The translations under genes were made by a program, and so were the position numbers. This document shows, piece after piece, positions 22,684 through 33,118 of a stretch of 64,000 nucleotides of DNA; within the stretch, counting starts at the first letter, position 1, and the number at the start of each line of letters is the position of its first letter. The notes under the pieces are model-generated. The model saw only the letters and a program-made list of their open reading frames with translations. It did no database searches and was not told where the DNA came from. The stretch is from an uncultured Methanomicrobiales archaeon (GTDB lineage Archaea; Halobacteriota; Methanomicrobia; Methanomicrobiales; Methanospirillaceae), in NCBI GenBank assembly GCA_963697895.1, contig OY969100.1, forward strand, positions 1,472,001 to 1,536,000, read 5' to 3'.

Positions 22684-22790
22684 TCCCGCCTCCCGGAGTC
22701 GAACCGGGGACATCGCGGTAGCCGCGCAGTTGCCTCGAATCGGCAAACCATACTACAGCCGCGCACTCTACCAGGCTGAGTTAAGGCGGG
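22684..22790 (-). tRNA. tRNA-Tyr (GTA) with a 33-nt intron at 37/38 (22720..22752)
   Basis: C1-G72 acceptor stem CCCGCCT/AGGCGGG; anticodon arm CGCGG-CTGTAG[intron]A-CCGCG; BHB-like junction. Confidence 0.95.
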
Positions 22791-22899
22791 GTATTGCGCT
22801 CTTAATATTGGAATATACAGTTATTAAACGTATCGTATTTCTGCCACGGGCTCCGCTACCCGGTGCTTTTTTTATAGTATGAGCGCACTAGTTGTGAGT

Positions 22900-24469
22900 A
22901 TGTCTCGCACCAACAGGGAAGCGGGCGGTTGTTTTCTTTGTTGAAGGCAACGGCAAGAGAGAAGTAACTGTTTTCGACACCACTCTCCGGGATGGTGAAC
23001 AGACACCGGGAATTTCATTTAAATTCGATCAGAAACTTGAGATTGCCCGCCAGTTATCGGAGATCGGTGTGCATGTGATCGAAGCCGGGTTTCCAGCATC
23101 ATCAGAAGGAGAGCGGGAGACGGTGGCGGCAGTTGCCGGACTCGGGCTGAATGCCCAGATTTGTGGTCTCGCTCGGTCGAAGAAAGAGGATGTGGATGCA
23201 TGCCTGGACTGCGATGTGGACCTGGTACATGTATTCATTCCGACCTCTGATGTACAGCGGGTACACACGATCAACAAGTCCCGGGACGAAGTTCTCGAAA
23301 TCACGGGGGAGATGATCACGTATGTCCGTGACCACAGCCCCAGATGCATGTTCTCAGCCATGGATGCGACCCGTACGGACCCCGATTTCCTTATGCAGGT
23401 CCTGAAAACGGCGACCGAAGCGGGTGCCACCATCCTGAACATTCCCGACACCGTGGGGGTCATTACTCCTTCTGGAATGAAACGCCTGATATCTATGATT
23501 ACGAAGGAGATTTCATGTCCGATCGATGTGCATTGCCATAACGACTTCGGTCTGGCAGTCGCGAACACCATAAGTGCCGTGGAATCCGGTGCCTCACAGG
23601 TCCAGGTGACGGTAAACGGTCTCGGTGAACGGGCAGGGAATGCCGATCTTGCACAGACGGTGATGGTGCTCGAATCCATCTTCGGCCTGACAACCGGAAT
23701 CAGGAAGGAGCGCCTCGTGGAGACCTCACGTCTGATATCCCGGTATTCCGGAATCGGTATTCCGCCAATTCAACCGATCGTGGGAGATAATGCATTTTCG
23801 CACGAAAGCGGGATCCACTCGCATGGGGTCATCGCGTGTGCCGCAACATTCGAACCGGGTATCATGACACCGGAGATGGTGGGTCACCGCCGGAAGCTTA
23901 CCCTCGGGAAACACGTCGGAAGGCACGCGGTGAGGCAGATGCTGGGAGAAGCACATATCAGTCCGAACGATGCAGAACTGGATTCCATCGTCGAGAAGGT
24001 AAAGTCCATCGCGCTAAAGGGAAAAAGGGTGACCGATGCAGACTTATACGAGATTGCGGACAGTGTAACGGGCACCGGAAATGGCGGACGGGTTATCGTG
24101 CTCGAGGACCTCGCGATCATGACCGGAAACCATGTGATTCCGACCGCGAGCGTGAAGGCACAGGTAAACGGGAAAGAGCAGGTATATTCGAGCACGGGAA
24201 ACGGACCGGTGGATGCGGCATTGAATGCCATCCTGGGCCTGGTCCCGACCCGTATCCTGTTGAAGGAGTTTAGCATAGAAGCAATTTCGGGCGGATCGGA
24301 TGCGATTGGTCATGTAACCATCGCGGTCGAGGATGAACAGGGACGCGTCTTCGATGCGAGTGCATCAGGGGATGATATCGTCCTTGCATCGGCAGAAGCG
24401 ATGATCAATGCGATCAATCTGTTGCACCGGCTGCAAACAAAAAATTATTCCGAAAATACCGAACGATAA
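22900..24469 (+). CDS. leuA: 2-isopropylmalate synthase / citramalate synthase family (LeuA/CimA); start codon unresolved
   Basis: VFDTTLRDGEQTPG is in frame upstream of the tracked GTG at 23069; HCHND, GERAGN, HESGIH and a C-terminal allosteric domain (GNGPVDA) follow. ATG 22900 is one base out of frame. leuA versus cimA is not resolvable by eye. Confidence 0.8.
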
Positions 24470-24477
24470 AAAGAAGT

Positions 24478-24837
24478 CTATGCCGCGCTCGGGGGTTTTC
24501 CCTCGAGCGCCTGCCGGATCTGTGCCTGCAACTGTTCAAACTTTTCCGCGAGCATCTTCTCTTGCTTTTCCAGGGATTTTATCCGGAGTTCGAGTGATTC
24601 GGCCTTCTCTTGCAACTTGATGACGATTTCCGGCTTTTTCTTCTGCATCATAACCGTTCCGACACTCATGAAGACATTTCCGTCATCCGGCACATCTGCA
24701 AGTTCCTCTATCGCACGCTTCGTCTCGCGGAGGGCGATATCGTACTGGGTCTTCTGTGCCTGAACGGTCTGCAGCTGTCCCTGCATCTGTTGCAGCATGG
24801 CGATCTGATTCTGAACCTTTGGTGAAATAGTATTCAT
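24478..24837 (-). CDS. pfdB: Prefoldin subunit beta
   Basis: MNTISPKVQNQIAMLQQMQGQLQ coiled coil with central VFMSVG hairpin; superoperon context. Confidence 0.93.
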   Translation of the reverse strand: MNTISPKVQNQIAMLQQMQGQLQTVQAQKTQYDIALRETKRAIEELADVPDDGNVFMSVGTVMMQKKKPEIVIKLQEKAESLELRIKSLEKQEKMLAEKFEQLQAQIRQALEGKPPSAA

Positions 24838-24839
24838 TC

Positions 24840-25094
24840 TTATTCTTCTCCCGAAATCTGAACAAGTTCCTGCATTTCTCTGGCAACATTGGTGAGCCGG
24901 AGCCACATGTTCAATGAAGCCCGGAGCGCGGGGATATCTGCTGCGGTAATCCGTAGGATCATGGATCCCGGTTCATCGCACCAGCATTCGGCAGCTGACC
25001 TTTGATTCACCTCTCCCTCCATTTCAGGTCTTATAGCGGCGAGAACAGTATTCACGTCCTTACACCTGAACCTGAAAATTGCCTCATGTTCCAT
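24840..25094 (-). CDS. pcc1: KEOPS complex subunit Pcc1
   Basis: ILRITAADIPALRASLNMWLRL motif; position upstream of pfdB. Confidence 0.88.
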   Translation of the reverse strand: MEHEAIFRFRCKDVNTVLAAIRPEMEGEVNQRSAAECWCDEPGSMILRITAADIPALRASLNMWLRLTNVAREMQELVQISGEE

Positions 25095-25491
25095 AGGGAT
25101 TCAATTCGAGCATATAATGTCGTCTTTTGGTGCCATCATACGTCAAAGTACCTTTCATCCCCTCTGACAGGACAACCGGTACAAATTGACGCAGCTTCTC
25201 ATAAATCGATTGGTTTGAGACGAAAATGCCTCTGGTAAATTCCTTTTCCCGGAAATTCACATTCCCCGACTGAACAAGATAATCGGCCGCGATGCCGTCT
25301 GTTGTAACTAATTGCAGGCGAATGCTCTTTTTTTCGCTAGATACAATAAAAAAAACCGGATATTTTTCCCGGATTTCATCCATACTGAGTTTTCCGCGGA
25401 TGAGATACTCACATTCCAAGGCGAATGCGAGATCCCGGGCAAGTGATCGCACCTCTGGTACAGGTTTCCTCGACGTGGTGACGACCGTCAT
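25084..25491 (-). CDS. Brix-domain (Imp4-like) ribosome biogenesis protein, short form
   Basis: VTTSRKP...RSLARDLA...RGKLS N-terminal Brix motif. Confidence 0.8.
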   Translation of the reverse strand: MTVVTTSRKPVPEVRSLARDLAFALECEYLIRGKLSMDEIREKYPVFFIVSSEKKSIRLQLVTTDGIAADYLVQSGNVNFREKEFTRGIFVSNQSIYEKLRQFVPVVLSEGMKGTLTYDGTKRRHYMLELNPYGT

Positions 25492-25625
25492 CGAGCTTTC
25501 AGCTCTTTGATCGCTGCTCCCCGCTCTTTAAACAGGATACGATGCCCGCAATATGGGCATCTGACATTTACATCGATCTCGACCTTCTGCTTGCATCGTG
25601 CACATTTATAGGATCCGCCCGCCAC
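25488..25625 (-). CDS. rpoP: DNA-directed RNA polymerase subunit P (45 aa, below the ORF-track cutoff)
   Basis: Manual translation [45 protein letters not shown]. Confidence 0.95.
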   Translation of the reverse strand: MAGGSYKCARCKQKVEIDVNVRCPYCGHRILFKERGAAIKELKAR

Positions 25626-25630
25626 AGGCC

Positions 25631-25921
25631 TCATGCCTCCTTCTGGATCGAGCGCTCTATTGTTCGAAGCGCGATGCGGAGTGTGGGAGTCTGCGGCTGA
25701 TACGCACCGCCGGCAAATTTAAAGCCGCATTTCCTGCATCCCCAGATGCCGGTACCCATCCTGCGAACAGCAACCACATCGCAGCGCGGGCAACGGTGGG
25801 CTGCACGGGAGACTGCTTCCATTTCAGCTACGCGTTTCCGCACAAATCTTCCATAGCGCGGTCCAAAACGACCTGCACTGCCGGTAACTCTTCCCTTTGC
25901 TTTCTGTTTCGCCCTGCTCAT
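25631..25921 (-). CDS. rpl37ae: 50S ribosomal protein L37Ae
   Basis: [13 protein letters not shown]...[18 protein letters not shown]. Confidence 0.97.
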   Translation of the reverse strand: MSRAKQKAKGRVTGSAGRFGPRYGRFVRKRVAEMEAVSRAAHRCPRCDVVAVRRMGTGIWGCRKCGFKFAGGAYQPQTPTLRIALRTIERSIQKEA

Positions 25922-25965
25922 GAGGATTCACTATCCGATATGTCTGTTATCATACGTCATCTGAA

Positions 25966-26670
25966 TTAATATACTTGATCGAGGTGCCTGACCTCGCCCT
26001 GCCCTTTCGTGATCCGGTTGATCAGATCATAAAATTCCGCCTGTATTCCGGCCGGAATCCGGACCACACAGATCCATGATCCGTCCTTCTGCCATTCGTC
26101 CTTCTCAATAACGGCTGAAGTTCTGATCTCGGTAAATGCCCGGGCCGCAAAATCCGGTGGGATCTTTACTGCTATACGAATCTCCTCAAACCTGATGGGA
26201 ATGATTGGCCTGATCGCCTTCATCGTGTCCTTCACCAGTTCGTCGAGGTGCTTGAACGGGTCGATATTGACCTTTGCCTCTTCCATCGCCATCTCTATGC
26301 GCTGGGGAGGATGAGGATGTCCCGTCTGGGGATTTATCGCATTCCGTGCGATGAACGTGATCACCTGTCTCCGTTTCTCAACAATCATCCTGCGCCTTTG
26401 GTCTGCAGTGAGGTGTATCTCTCCTTTTTCTATGATCCTGCGTGCGATTGCGGCGAAGTCGGTGGTATGAAAAACCTTGATCAGGGCTTCCTCTGAAGCC
26501 CGTGTCCCATGGGATGCATTCTCAAAAACAGAGAGGGCAGCGACAACATCTTCGATATCGAGATCCTCTCCCTGCCGGAGCCGGACAGCCTGATCGGGAT
26601 CCACCAGGATCTCGAATCGTTCGCCGTGACTCTCAAGACGGGCAGTAACAGCCTGATCGAGCGGGATCAT
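25966..26670 (-). CDS. Ribosome maturation protein SBDS/Sdo1
   Basis: GERFEILVDP, GEIHLTADQR, NAINPQT..PHPPQRIE. Confidence 0.95.
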   Translation of the reverse strand: MIPLDQAVTARLESHGERFEILVDPDQAVRLRQGEDLDIEDVVAALSVFENASHGTRASEEALIKVFHTTDFAAIARRIIEKGEIHLTADQRRRMIVEKRRQVITFIARNAINPQTGHPHPPQRIEMAMEEAKVNIDPFKHLDELVKDTMKAIRPIIPIRFEEIRIAVKIPPDFAARAFTEIRTSAVIEKDEWQKDGSWICVVRIPAGIQAEFYDLINRITKGQGEVRHLDQVY

Positions 26671-26682
26671 GAGGGGGCCTGC

Positions 26683-27408
26683 CTATTTTTCAAACTGTTC
26701 AACAAACCCGGCAACCTCGTCTTTGCTCATCTTCCTGAATTGCGGGTTTTTAACTTCTATGACCCCTATTTCAACGGTATTCACATCGAATTTTCCTTCG
26801 GTTGCTTCATGGAGGGCTTTGATCCCGAGGAGTATAGTGTCTTTTATGGAAGCATTATAATCATATTCCTCTTCAAAAACTTTCATAACGGCCGTTCGCC
26901 CGATCCCGATACCAGTCGCCTTGTATTCAAGAAGTGTACCTGACGGATCGGTCTCGAAGAGACGTGACTCTCCATCACTGACTCCAGCTATAAGAAGGGC
27001 AGTTCCATAGGGTCGTGCTCCTCCAAACTGGGTATATGTCTGCATATGGTCGCAGAGCTTCTTCGCCAGTGCCTCGACATCGATCCGTTCGTTGTATGTT
27101 ACGCGGTTGATCTGGCTCTCGATCCTCGCCCGATCCACCAATGCTCTTGCATCTCCTACGAGTCCGGACGAAGCCACCCCGATATGCTCATCAATCTTGA
27201 ATATCTTCTCGATGGATGATGCTTCAAGGAGGCGTGAGCTGACCCTTTTGTCCACAATCAGGACGATTCCTTCGGCACATTTGATGCCAACGGCGGTTGT
27301 CCCTCTCTTAACTGCTTCCCGTGCGTATTCCACCTGGTAGAGCCTTCCATCCGGACTGAACACCGTAATAGCGCGGTCATACCCCATCTGATATGCCTGT
27401 GGTTGCAT
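26683..27408 (-). CDS. psmA: Proteasome subunit alpha
   Basis: GYDRAITVFSPDGRLYQVEYAREAV signature. Confidence 0.98.
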   Translation of the reverse strand: MQPQAYQMGYDRAITVFSPDGRLYQVEYAREAVKRGTTAVGIKCAEGIVLIVDKRVSSRLLEASSIEKIFKIDEHIGVASSGLVGDARALVDRARIESQINRVTYNERIDVEALAKKLCDHMQTYTQFGGARPYGTALLIAGVSDGESRLFETDPSGTLLEYKATGIGIGRTAVMKVFEEEYDYNASIKDTILLGIKALHEATEGKFDVNTVEIGVIEVKNPQFRKMSKDEVAGFVEQFEK

Positions 27409-27896
27409 TATATATCCTCAAAATCTTTTTCTGTGAGAAACAATAGCTCGTGGTTTTTAAATCCCTTTTCAATGAGATTAACTTTTTGACCATCGCGGTA
27501 CACCGGAACAAAACACCTTCCATCCAGAGAAATCTCGACCGGAACGTTCCCTTCTTCCGGGTGATGAAAACGTATTCGTTTCTTTAGACCATGAATAGTG
27601 CCCGAAACTACGACCGTCCGCAACGTTGCCCGATCATTGTTGATTCCGGTGACCGTTATCAGAGCTGTTGCGAGCAGATGCTCTGATCCTCTCCGGCATC
27701 GGATGACCGCATATCCGCCCTCACACGTAATGACCGCCATCTGGATACCGGCCGCCATATAGTCCCCATAGAGCGAACTGACCGCTTCATGAATGGCAAG
27801 ATACAATTGTTTCGCATCCGGTTCAAACCCCTCGGGAGATATGACGATGAGCAGATACCGTCTTTTATCCCGGAGAGTCGGGGGCCGCGATCTCAT
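27408..27896 (-). CDS. rnp2: Ribonuclease P protein component 2 (Pop5/Rpp14)
   Basis: PPTLRDKRRYL...VSGTI motif; operon context. Confidence 0.9.
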   Translation of the reverse strand: MRSRPPTLRDKRRYLLIVISPEGFEPDAKQLYLAIHEAVSSLYGDYMAAGIQMAVITCEGGYAVIRCRRGSEHLLATALITVTGINNDRATLRTVVVSGTIHGLKKRIRFHHPEEGNVPVEISLDGRCFVPVYRDGQKVNLIEKGFKNHELLFLTEKDFEDI

Positions 27897-28534
27897 CCGA
27901 TCTCCCTCACGATAAGTTCCGGAGAGCGCAACCTGCCGATAGTTGCCAGAGCTTCCTCCACTTCCCCTTCTTCCATGCCAAACAAAGCACAGATCAGGGT
28001 AATATCACGCTTCGAGCGTTGATCAAGGATGGAATGTGCATTACTCGAAATAGTGACCCAAAACTCATATCGCCGCTGCAGTCTCACGATGTCCTGATAG
28101 CGCTGCAGCACTTTCTGGCGTATGTTTCCCCGCAAATGTATCAACGGCCGAAGATCGAGATCGATTGCAACTCCTTTTTCGGCTGCAATCCTCGCCGTTA
28201 CATGATCAAATGAATGCCGGGAGGTTTTGTGGAGGTTCCGGAGTATATTGACACCGTTTAATGAAATTATTGAACGATTGAAACCATTTTCTCCGGCATC
28301 AACAAATATCAGTCGGTTCTCCCTCCTTGCCTGATTCATCAAGCCGATTACTTCCCTGACTACCGGTGCACTGATCACGATTCCGGAAATGACTTGTATA
28401 CCCTCAATTTCGCTATGGCTGCCTTTCGTCGTAACGATGCTGTCAAAACCGAGTTCGTGTGCCTCGAGTGCCATCCTTCTGACGGTGGAGTCCCCGTCAG
28501 GATATGGATGCACCAGGCCGTCCGTGGCGATCAT
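27893..28534 (-). CDS. rnp3: Ribonuclease P protein component 3 (Rpp30)
   Basis: FDHVTARIAAEKGVAI, ISSNAHSILDQRS motifs. Confidence 0.9.
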   Translation of the reverse strand: MIATDGLVHPYPDGDSTVRRMALEAHELGFDSIVTTKGSHSEIEGIQVISGIVISAPVVREVIGLMNQARRENRLIFVDAGENGFNRSIISLNGVNILRNLHKTSRHSFDHVTARIAAEKGVAIDLDLRPLIHLRGNIRQKVLQRYQDIVRLQRRYEFWVTISSNAHSILDQRSKRDITLICALFGMEEGEVEEALATIGRLRSPELIVREIG

Positions 28535-28558
28535 TAAGAACCGGGAAATATAGGGGGA

Positions 28559-29149
28559 TTATTTGCCCTGATTTGCATGAGACCTGATGCTCGGACGGGT
28601 TTTCTCCGTCCCCCGGCCACGGGTGCGCATCCCGCGACCCTTCAGCCCTGCACGGGTTTTCCCCCGTTCAGCTCTTCCCCGGTGCACCGGATTTGCGAGC
28701 CATCCCAGCTGCCGGTCACTCCTGATCGCCGGATGATGTCCGTCCACAAGAATCACCTCATACCACTTCTGGCGCCCGTCTTCGCCGACCCAGTAGGAGT
28801 TCAGGACCTCCATATTCGGGAACTTCCGGGATGCCCGTTCCTCCGCGATACGCTGGAGGCTTTTTCCGCTGGTGATCCTGTTGACTCCCATCCGTGCCGT
28901 GCGGCGTGCCCGGACATAGCGGGATTTTCGTCTCCCGCCCCTCCGAACTTTAACGCGTGCAACTGCAATTCCTTGTTTTGCCTTGTATCCGAGAGAACGT
29001 GCACGGTCGATCCGGGTCGGATGTTCGATTCGCACCACACTCCCCTCCCGCCGCCAGGTCTGCATCCGTTCCCACAGCAGCTCTCCCACGGCTGATGCAT
29101 CTGGTTTCTTCCAGGCATCCCGTACGTAGGCATACATCGATTTCGCCAT
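28559..29149 (-). CDS. rpl15e: 50S ribosomal protein L15e
   Basis: [31 protein letters not shown]; start MAKSMY at 29149. Confidence 0.97.
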   Translation of the reverse strand: MAKSMYAYVRDAWKKPDASAVGELLWERMQTWRREGSVVRIEHPTRIDRARSLGYKAKQGIAVARVKVRRGGRRKSRYVRARRTARMGVNRITSGKSLQRIAEERASRKFPNMEVLNSYWVGEDGRQKWYEVILVDGHHPAIRSDRQLGWLANPVHRGRAERGKTRAGLKGRGMRTRGRGTEKTRPSIRSHANQGK

Positions 29150-29163
29150 AGTTATTTCACCTT

Positions 29164-29211
29164 CAGGTTCAGCTCCAAAGAGCCACATTCCTTAACGGGA
29201 CGGATCCCGCA
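29164..29211 (-). promoter_or_regulatory. Structured 5' leader of rpl15e (candidate eL15-Euryarchaeota ribosomal leader)
   Basis: Minus strand GCGGGA-TCCG-TCCCGT hairpin, then TAAGG...GCTC-TTTG-GAGC-TGAACCT directly before the RBS. Confidence 0.6.
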
Positions 29212-29273
29212 AGACCAGTATATATCGGCAGGACTATACTTAATAACTCTGCCCACCGGGTCTTTTCAGCCTA

Positions 29274-29738
29274 TCAGTCTTTCCGCTTTTCAATAACCCG
29301 TATGTCATCGATCCTGGTCTCAGGATATTGCCCTTTTTCGTCCTTCTCCGCCGACTTCACCATATCCCAGATGGTGAGGAGTGCGATACCGACTCCGGTT
29401 AATGCTTCCATCTCGACGCCGGTCCTTCCCATCGATTTCACCCGTACTCTCGCCTGGAGATAGGCGTCTGTCTCCGTGAAATCGACTTCGATGGAACCGA
29501 CCGGTATGGGATGGCACATCGGGATCAATCTCGGGGTCTCTTTGACGGCCAGTGTTGCTGCTACCCGTGCAGTTGCAAGTACATTTCCCTTTACCACTGT
29601 CCCTTCCCGGATTGCCTTCAGCGTTTCAGGGCGCAGATATATCCTGCCTGATGCGGCGGCCTCCCGTCTACTCTCACTTTTAGAAGTAATATCCACCATC
29701 CGTGCCCGATTGTCCTGTATATGAGAAAATTCAGCCAT
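29274..29738 (-). CDS. moaC: Cyclic pyranopterin monophosphate synthase
   Basis: RMVDI..K, KGNVLATARVA, LIPMCHP, TGVEMEAL, IWDMVKS. Confidence 0.96.
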   Translation of the reverse strand: MAEFSHIQDNRARMVDITSKSESRREAAASGRIYLRPETLKAIREGTVVKGNVLATARVAATLAVKETPRLIPMCHPIPVGSIEVDFTETDAYLQARVRVKSMGRTGVEMEALTGVGIALLTIWDMVKSAEKDEKGQYPETRIDDIRVIEKRKD

Positions 29739-29742
29739 TTGA

Positions 29743-31134
29743 TCACTTCCCGAACAGTTTCTCCGGTATCAGCGGCAAGAGATCACTCGCGAGCATGCCA
29801 CTCTTCCGGGATGCGGCCGCATGCATACCCGCAATGCCATTCACATATGCGGCGACACAGGCCGCTTCAAATGCCGGCATACGACAGAATAATGCTCCTG
29901 TCAATCCCGCGAGTATGTCCCCGGTTCCACCAACGGTCATCGCAGGTGTCCCCGTACGGTTGAACCGGACGCGTGACCCGTCGGAGATCACATCGACCGG
30001 ACCCTTAAGGAGGATCACGCACGTGGCTGATGCGGCGGACTTCACCTGTCTCCCCCGCAGTACAATCTCCGCTGCCGGTTTCGTTCCGGTCACACGCTCG
30101 AATTCTCCCGCATGAGGGGTAACTATTGTCTCGCGTGCAGCCGGCAGCGGGCACCGGAGTGCATCTGCATCAAACACCGCTTTTCGTGCGGACCGACCGA
30201 TTGCCTGCACAACCGCGTGGCTCTGGTCACCGAGACCATTGCCGCAGACGACAACATCGGCATGTTCCACCAGTTTCAAGATCCGATCGAGATGCTCTTC
30301 TCCGATACGGTCTCCATCGAGCCGCTCATAGATCAGGTCCGGGATCGGTTCGAAAACAGGGGATGCAATCCTCACAATGTCGGCCCCTCCCCGGAGTGCC
30401 CCGAGCCCGGCCAGATAAGGCGCCCCCTGATATGGTCCTCCTCCAACGATCAGCACTTCACCCCCGGCTCCTTTATGGGCGTCCGCCCGCTTCCCCCGGA
30501 TGAGTGTCAATTCCCCCGGGCCGATAAAACATTCTGCCTCGATCGGTATCCCGATATCTACTGTATCCGAACCCGTGACTTTGGGGCGGTGAAAAGCACA
30601 TATCCGTTCAGCCAGCATACCGGGGGTCGGGATATCCGCAGCAATGATATGCCCGCCTGACTCGTTTGCGAACCGGACACAGCTCGCCAGCGGTTCACGG
30701 ATCATACCCTGGACACCTGTCCCGAGAAGTGCATCGATAATTACCTCTGCTTCTGAAAACAATTTCTGGAACGAGACCAAATCCTCCTGGCACCGAAACG
30801 GGTGCAGTCCGACCGAGCAGTGTTGGAGAAGATGTAATTGCGACATCGTCTCTCCGGTCATTCCCGGCTCATCCAGGTAACATACCGCTATTTCTCCCCG
30901 TTGTTGCAGATGGCGGGCCGCGACCATCCCATCCCCCCCATTGTTCCCCTTACCGCAGAGCACGAGAACAGACCCGGGATTATAGGAGTCCGCGGCATCT
31001 GCGAGAGATTTTCCTGCACTCTCCATCATCTGGAGCGCCGAAAGGCCGAGTGCAATTGCGTTCTGCTCAACGACCTTCATCCGTGCCTGTTGGATCATGC
31101 CCTGCTCGACAAACTCTTTCAGATCATTGCTCAC
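29743..31134 (-). CDS. nnr: Bifunctional NAD(P)H-hydrate epimerase/dehydratase
   Basis: CGKGNNGGDG, DALLGTG, ADIP, TPHAGEF, GGTGDILAG; GTG start after GGAGG. Confidence 0.93.
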   Translation of the reverse strand: MSNDLKEFVEQGMIQQARMKVVEQNAIALGLSALQMMESAGKSLADAADSYNPGSVLVLCGKGNNGGDGMVAARHLQQRGEIAVCYLDEPGMTGETMSQLHLLQHCSVGLHPFRCQEDLVSFQKLFSEAEVIIDALLGTGVQGMIREPLASCVRFANESGGHIIAADIPTPGMLAERICAFHRPKVTGSDTVDIGIPIEAECFIGPGELTLIRGKRADAHKGAGGEVLIVGGGPYQGAPYLAGLGALRGGADIVRIASPVFEPIPDLIYERLDGDRIGEEHLDRILKLVEHADVVVCGNGLGDQSHAVVQAIGRSARKAVFDADALRCPLPAARETIVTPHAGEFERVTGTKPAAEIVLRGRQVKSAASATCVILLKGPVDVISDGSRVRFNRTGTPAMTVGGTGDILAGLTGALFCRMPAFEAACVAAYVNGIAGMHAAASRKSGMLASDLLPLIPEKLFGK

Positions 31135-31297
31135 CCGGAGCCCTCCATAACATCGACTGGTATAGAGACGTGTGTTCACCGTACTCAAATGGATTATGGT
31201 GCTTGTCCGGAGTGGTATTGATTTCTTTTTTAAGGGGGGGATTTCTGTTGCGTACTGACAGATGCACTAATTACCGTGAGAAGCATAGGTTGTACCA

Positions 31298-32696
31298 ATG
31301 GGTTTTCGCGAAGATGTGCAGGCCGGCGCCCGATTGATAACGTCGCATGATAAGGTAACTATTATATCGCACATCGACGCCGATGGCATCGCCGGTGAAG
31401 CAATCCTCGCACAGGCACTTTCCCGTGAAGAGATCCGCGTGAAATCGGTATTCATCCGCCAGCTGGAGCCGATCATGATGCGGCTGATCCCCTCCGATGA
31501 CAGCCTGAAACTGTTCGTAGACCTTGGAGCCGGCCAACAGAACCTCCTTTACGATACCGGGCTCGAAGAGGACCAGGTTATCATCGTCGATCACCATGTG
31601 AGCCAGCCCTGCGAACGTGCATATATGCAGGTGAACTGCCTTCCGTATGGGTATAACAAATTAAGTGCTGCGGGTGTTGCATATTTTATCGCCCGTGAGA
31701 TCGATTCTGCAAATGAAGACCTCGCGAAGCTCTGCAATTATAGGGAATGTCGGGGACATGATGGCGAGGGAAGGACTGGGCCTGACCGGTCCGGCCAGGG
31801 AGATCGTCGAGGACGGGGTCAAATGGGGAAATGTCAGGGTATTTGAGAAGGATCTGAATTGTTATGGGACATCGACGCGTCCTCTGCACATATGCCTCTC
31901 CTACAGCGACGATCCCTGTATCCCGGGCATCAGCAATAATCAACAGGGAACATTACGATTCCTTCAGAGACTGGGCATTCCTCTGCAGGATGATGAGAAG
32001 AGATGGCTCGTCTGGGAGGAGTTGTCGTGGGAAGCAAAGAGAAAGGTCACGAGCGCACTGGTTCAGCAACTGGTTCTTCACGGCGAACCGGTCGATCGAC
32101 TCTTTACCGAGAGTTATATCTTTCCGGATGAGAATGGGAGGAGCCCCCTCCGTAATGCAAATGAGTTTGCCACGGTTCTGAATGCCTGTGGGCGATGGGC
32201 AAAACCGGCGGTCGGCGGAGCGATCTGTCGCGGCGATCGCGGAGGAGCATATCGCGAAGCAGAACATATGCTGACCAATCATCGGGCAGTCATCCGTGAT
32301 CTGCTCCGTTTTATCCTCGACACCGGGGTTGAGGAACTCACACACATGCAGCATATTCATGTCGGGAACCGGTTTCCCGACACTATCGTGGGCATCGGCG
32401 CCGGAATGGCCCTTTCAAAATTAAACAGGGAGAAGCCTATACTGATCCTTTGTGAACTTCCGGAAGATTCCAGTCTCACAAAAGTTTCGATGAGGGCCAC
32501 AGAGCGAATGGTCTCCCGGGGTGTGGACCTTCAACGGGCCTTAAACGATGCAGCAACCAGTTTTGGTGGTGCCGGAGGGGGGCATCGGATTGCGGCAGGA
32601 GCGTTTATCCCTAAGGAATGCGAGGAGAAGTTTATCCATGAGGTCAATGATCTGCTCTCACGACAGTATGCTCAACCGGGTCAGGGTCATTGCTGA
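31298..32696 (+). CDS. RecJ-like DHH family exonuclease (frameshift at ~31733)
   Basis: SHIDADG, DLG, DHH in the first frame; IIGNVGDM, LNACGR and GGGHRIAAGA in the second frame; a single extra base separates them. Confidence 0.88.
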
Positions 32697-33117
32697 TTTC
32701 CAGTTCGGCCGTGGTGCCGGGGATCAGATCTTTCCCGACGCGTGCGAGTTCACCCTTTCCAGAACCGGCCGTATCCGCCAGATCCTGATTAACAATCTGC
32801 GAATCGCCACGGTGCGTGCAGAGGACGGAAGACTTACTTTGAGTTTTGACGGGGCGACACGCCTTCACCGGTGCCTCCCTCCGCCAGGATACCGGGTCGT
32901 AATCATCGATGATGTGGCTGAATTCATATCGCAGGGAAAAAATGCCTTTGCAAAACATGTTATTGCAGCCGACCAGGGAATCCGGGCAGATGACGAGGTC
33001 ATGGTCGTTACTGCTGATGATACCCTCATTGCAACGGGTACGGCAGCCCTTTCGGGCTCGGAGATGCTGGTATTTAATTATGGAGTAGCGGTAAACGTAC
33101 GGCACGGGAGGACATAA
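32647..33117 (+). CDS. PUA-domain protein (similar to the C-terminal part of archaeosine tRNA-guanine transglycosylase)
   Basis: RVIADFQFG, SRTGRIRQ, GKNAFAKHVIAAD.GIRADDEV, GVAVNVRHG. Confidence 0.82.
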   Translation: MICSHDSMLNRVRVIADFQFGRGAGDQIFPDACEFTLSRTGRIRQILINNLRIATVRAEDGRLTLSFDGATRLHRCLPPPGYRVVIIDDVAEFISQGKNAFAKHVIAADQGIRADDEVMVVTADDTLIATGTAALSGSEMLVFNYGVAVNVRHGRT

Positions 33118-33118
33118 C

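Noticed and set aside
22720-22752. tRNA-Tyr and tRNA-Met introns as unusual features
   Set aside because: Both are at the canonical 37/38 position and are common in methanogens
22591-22790. tRNA genes as attachment sites of an integrated element
   Set aside because: No integrase and no duplicated tRNA 3' end were found in the window
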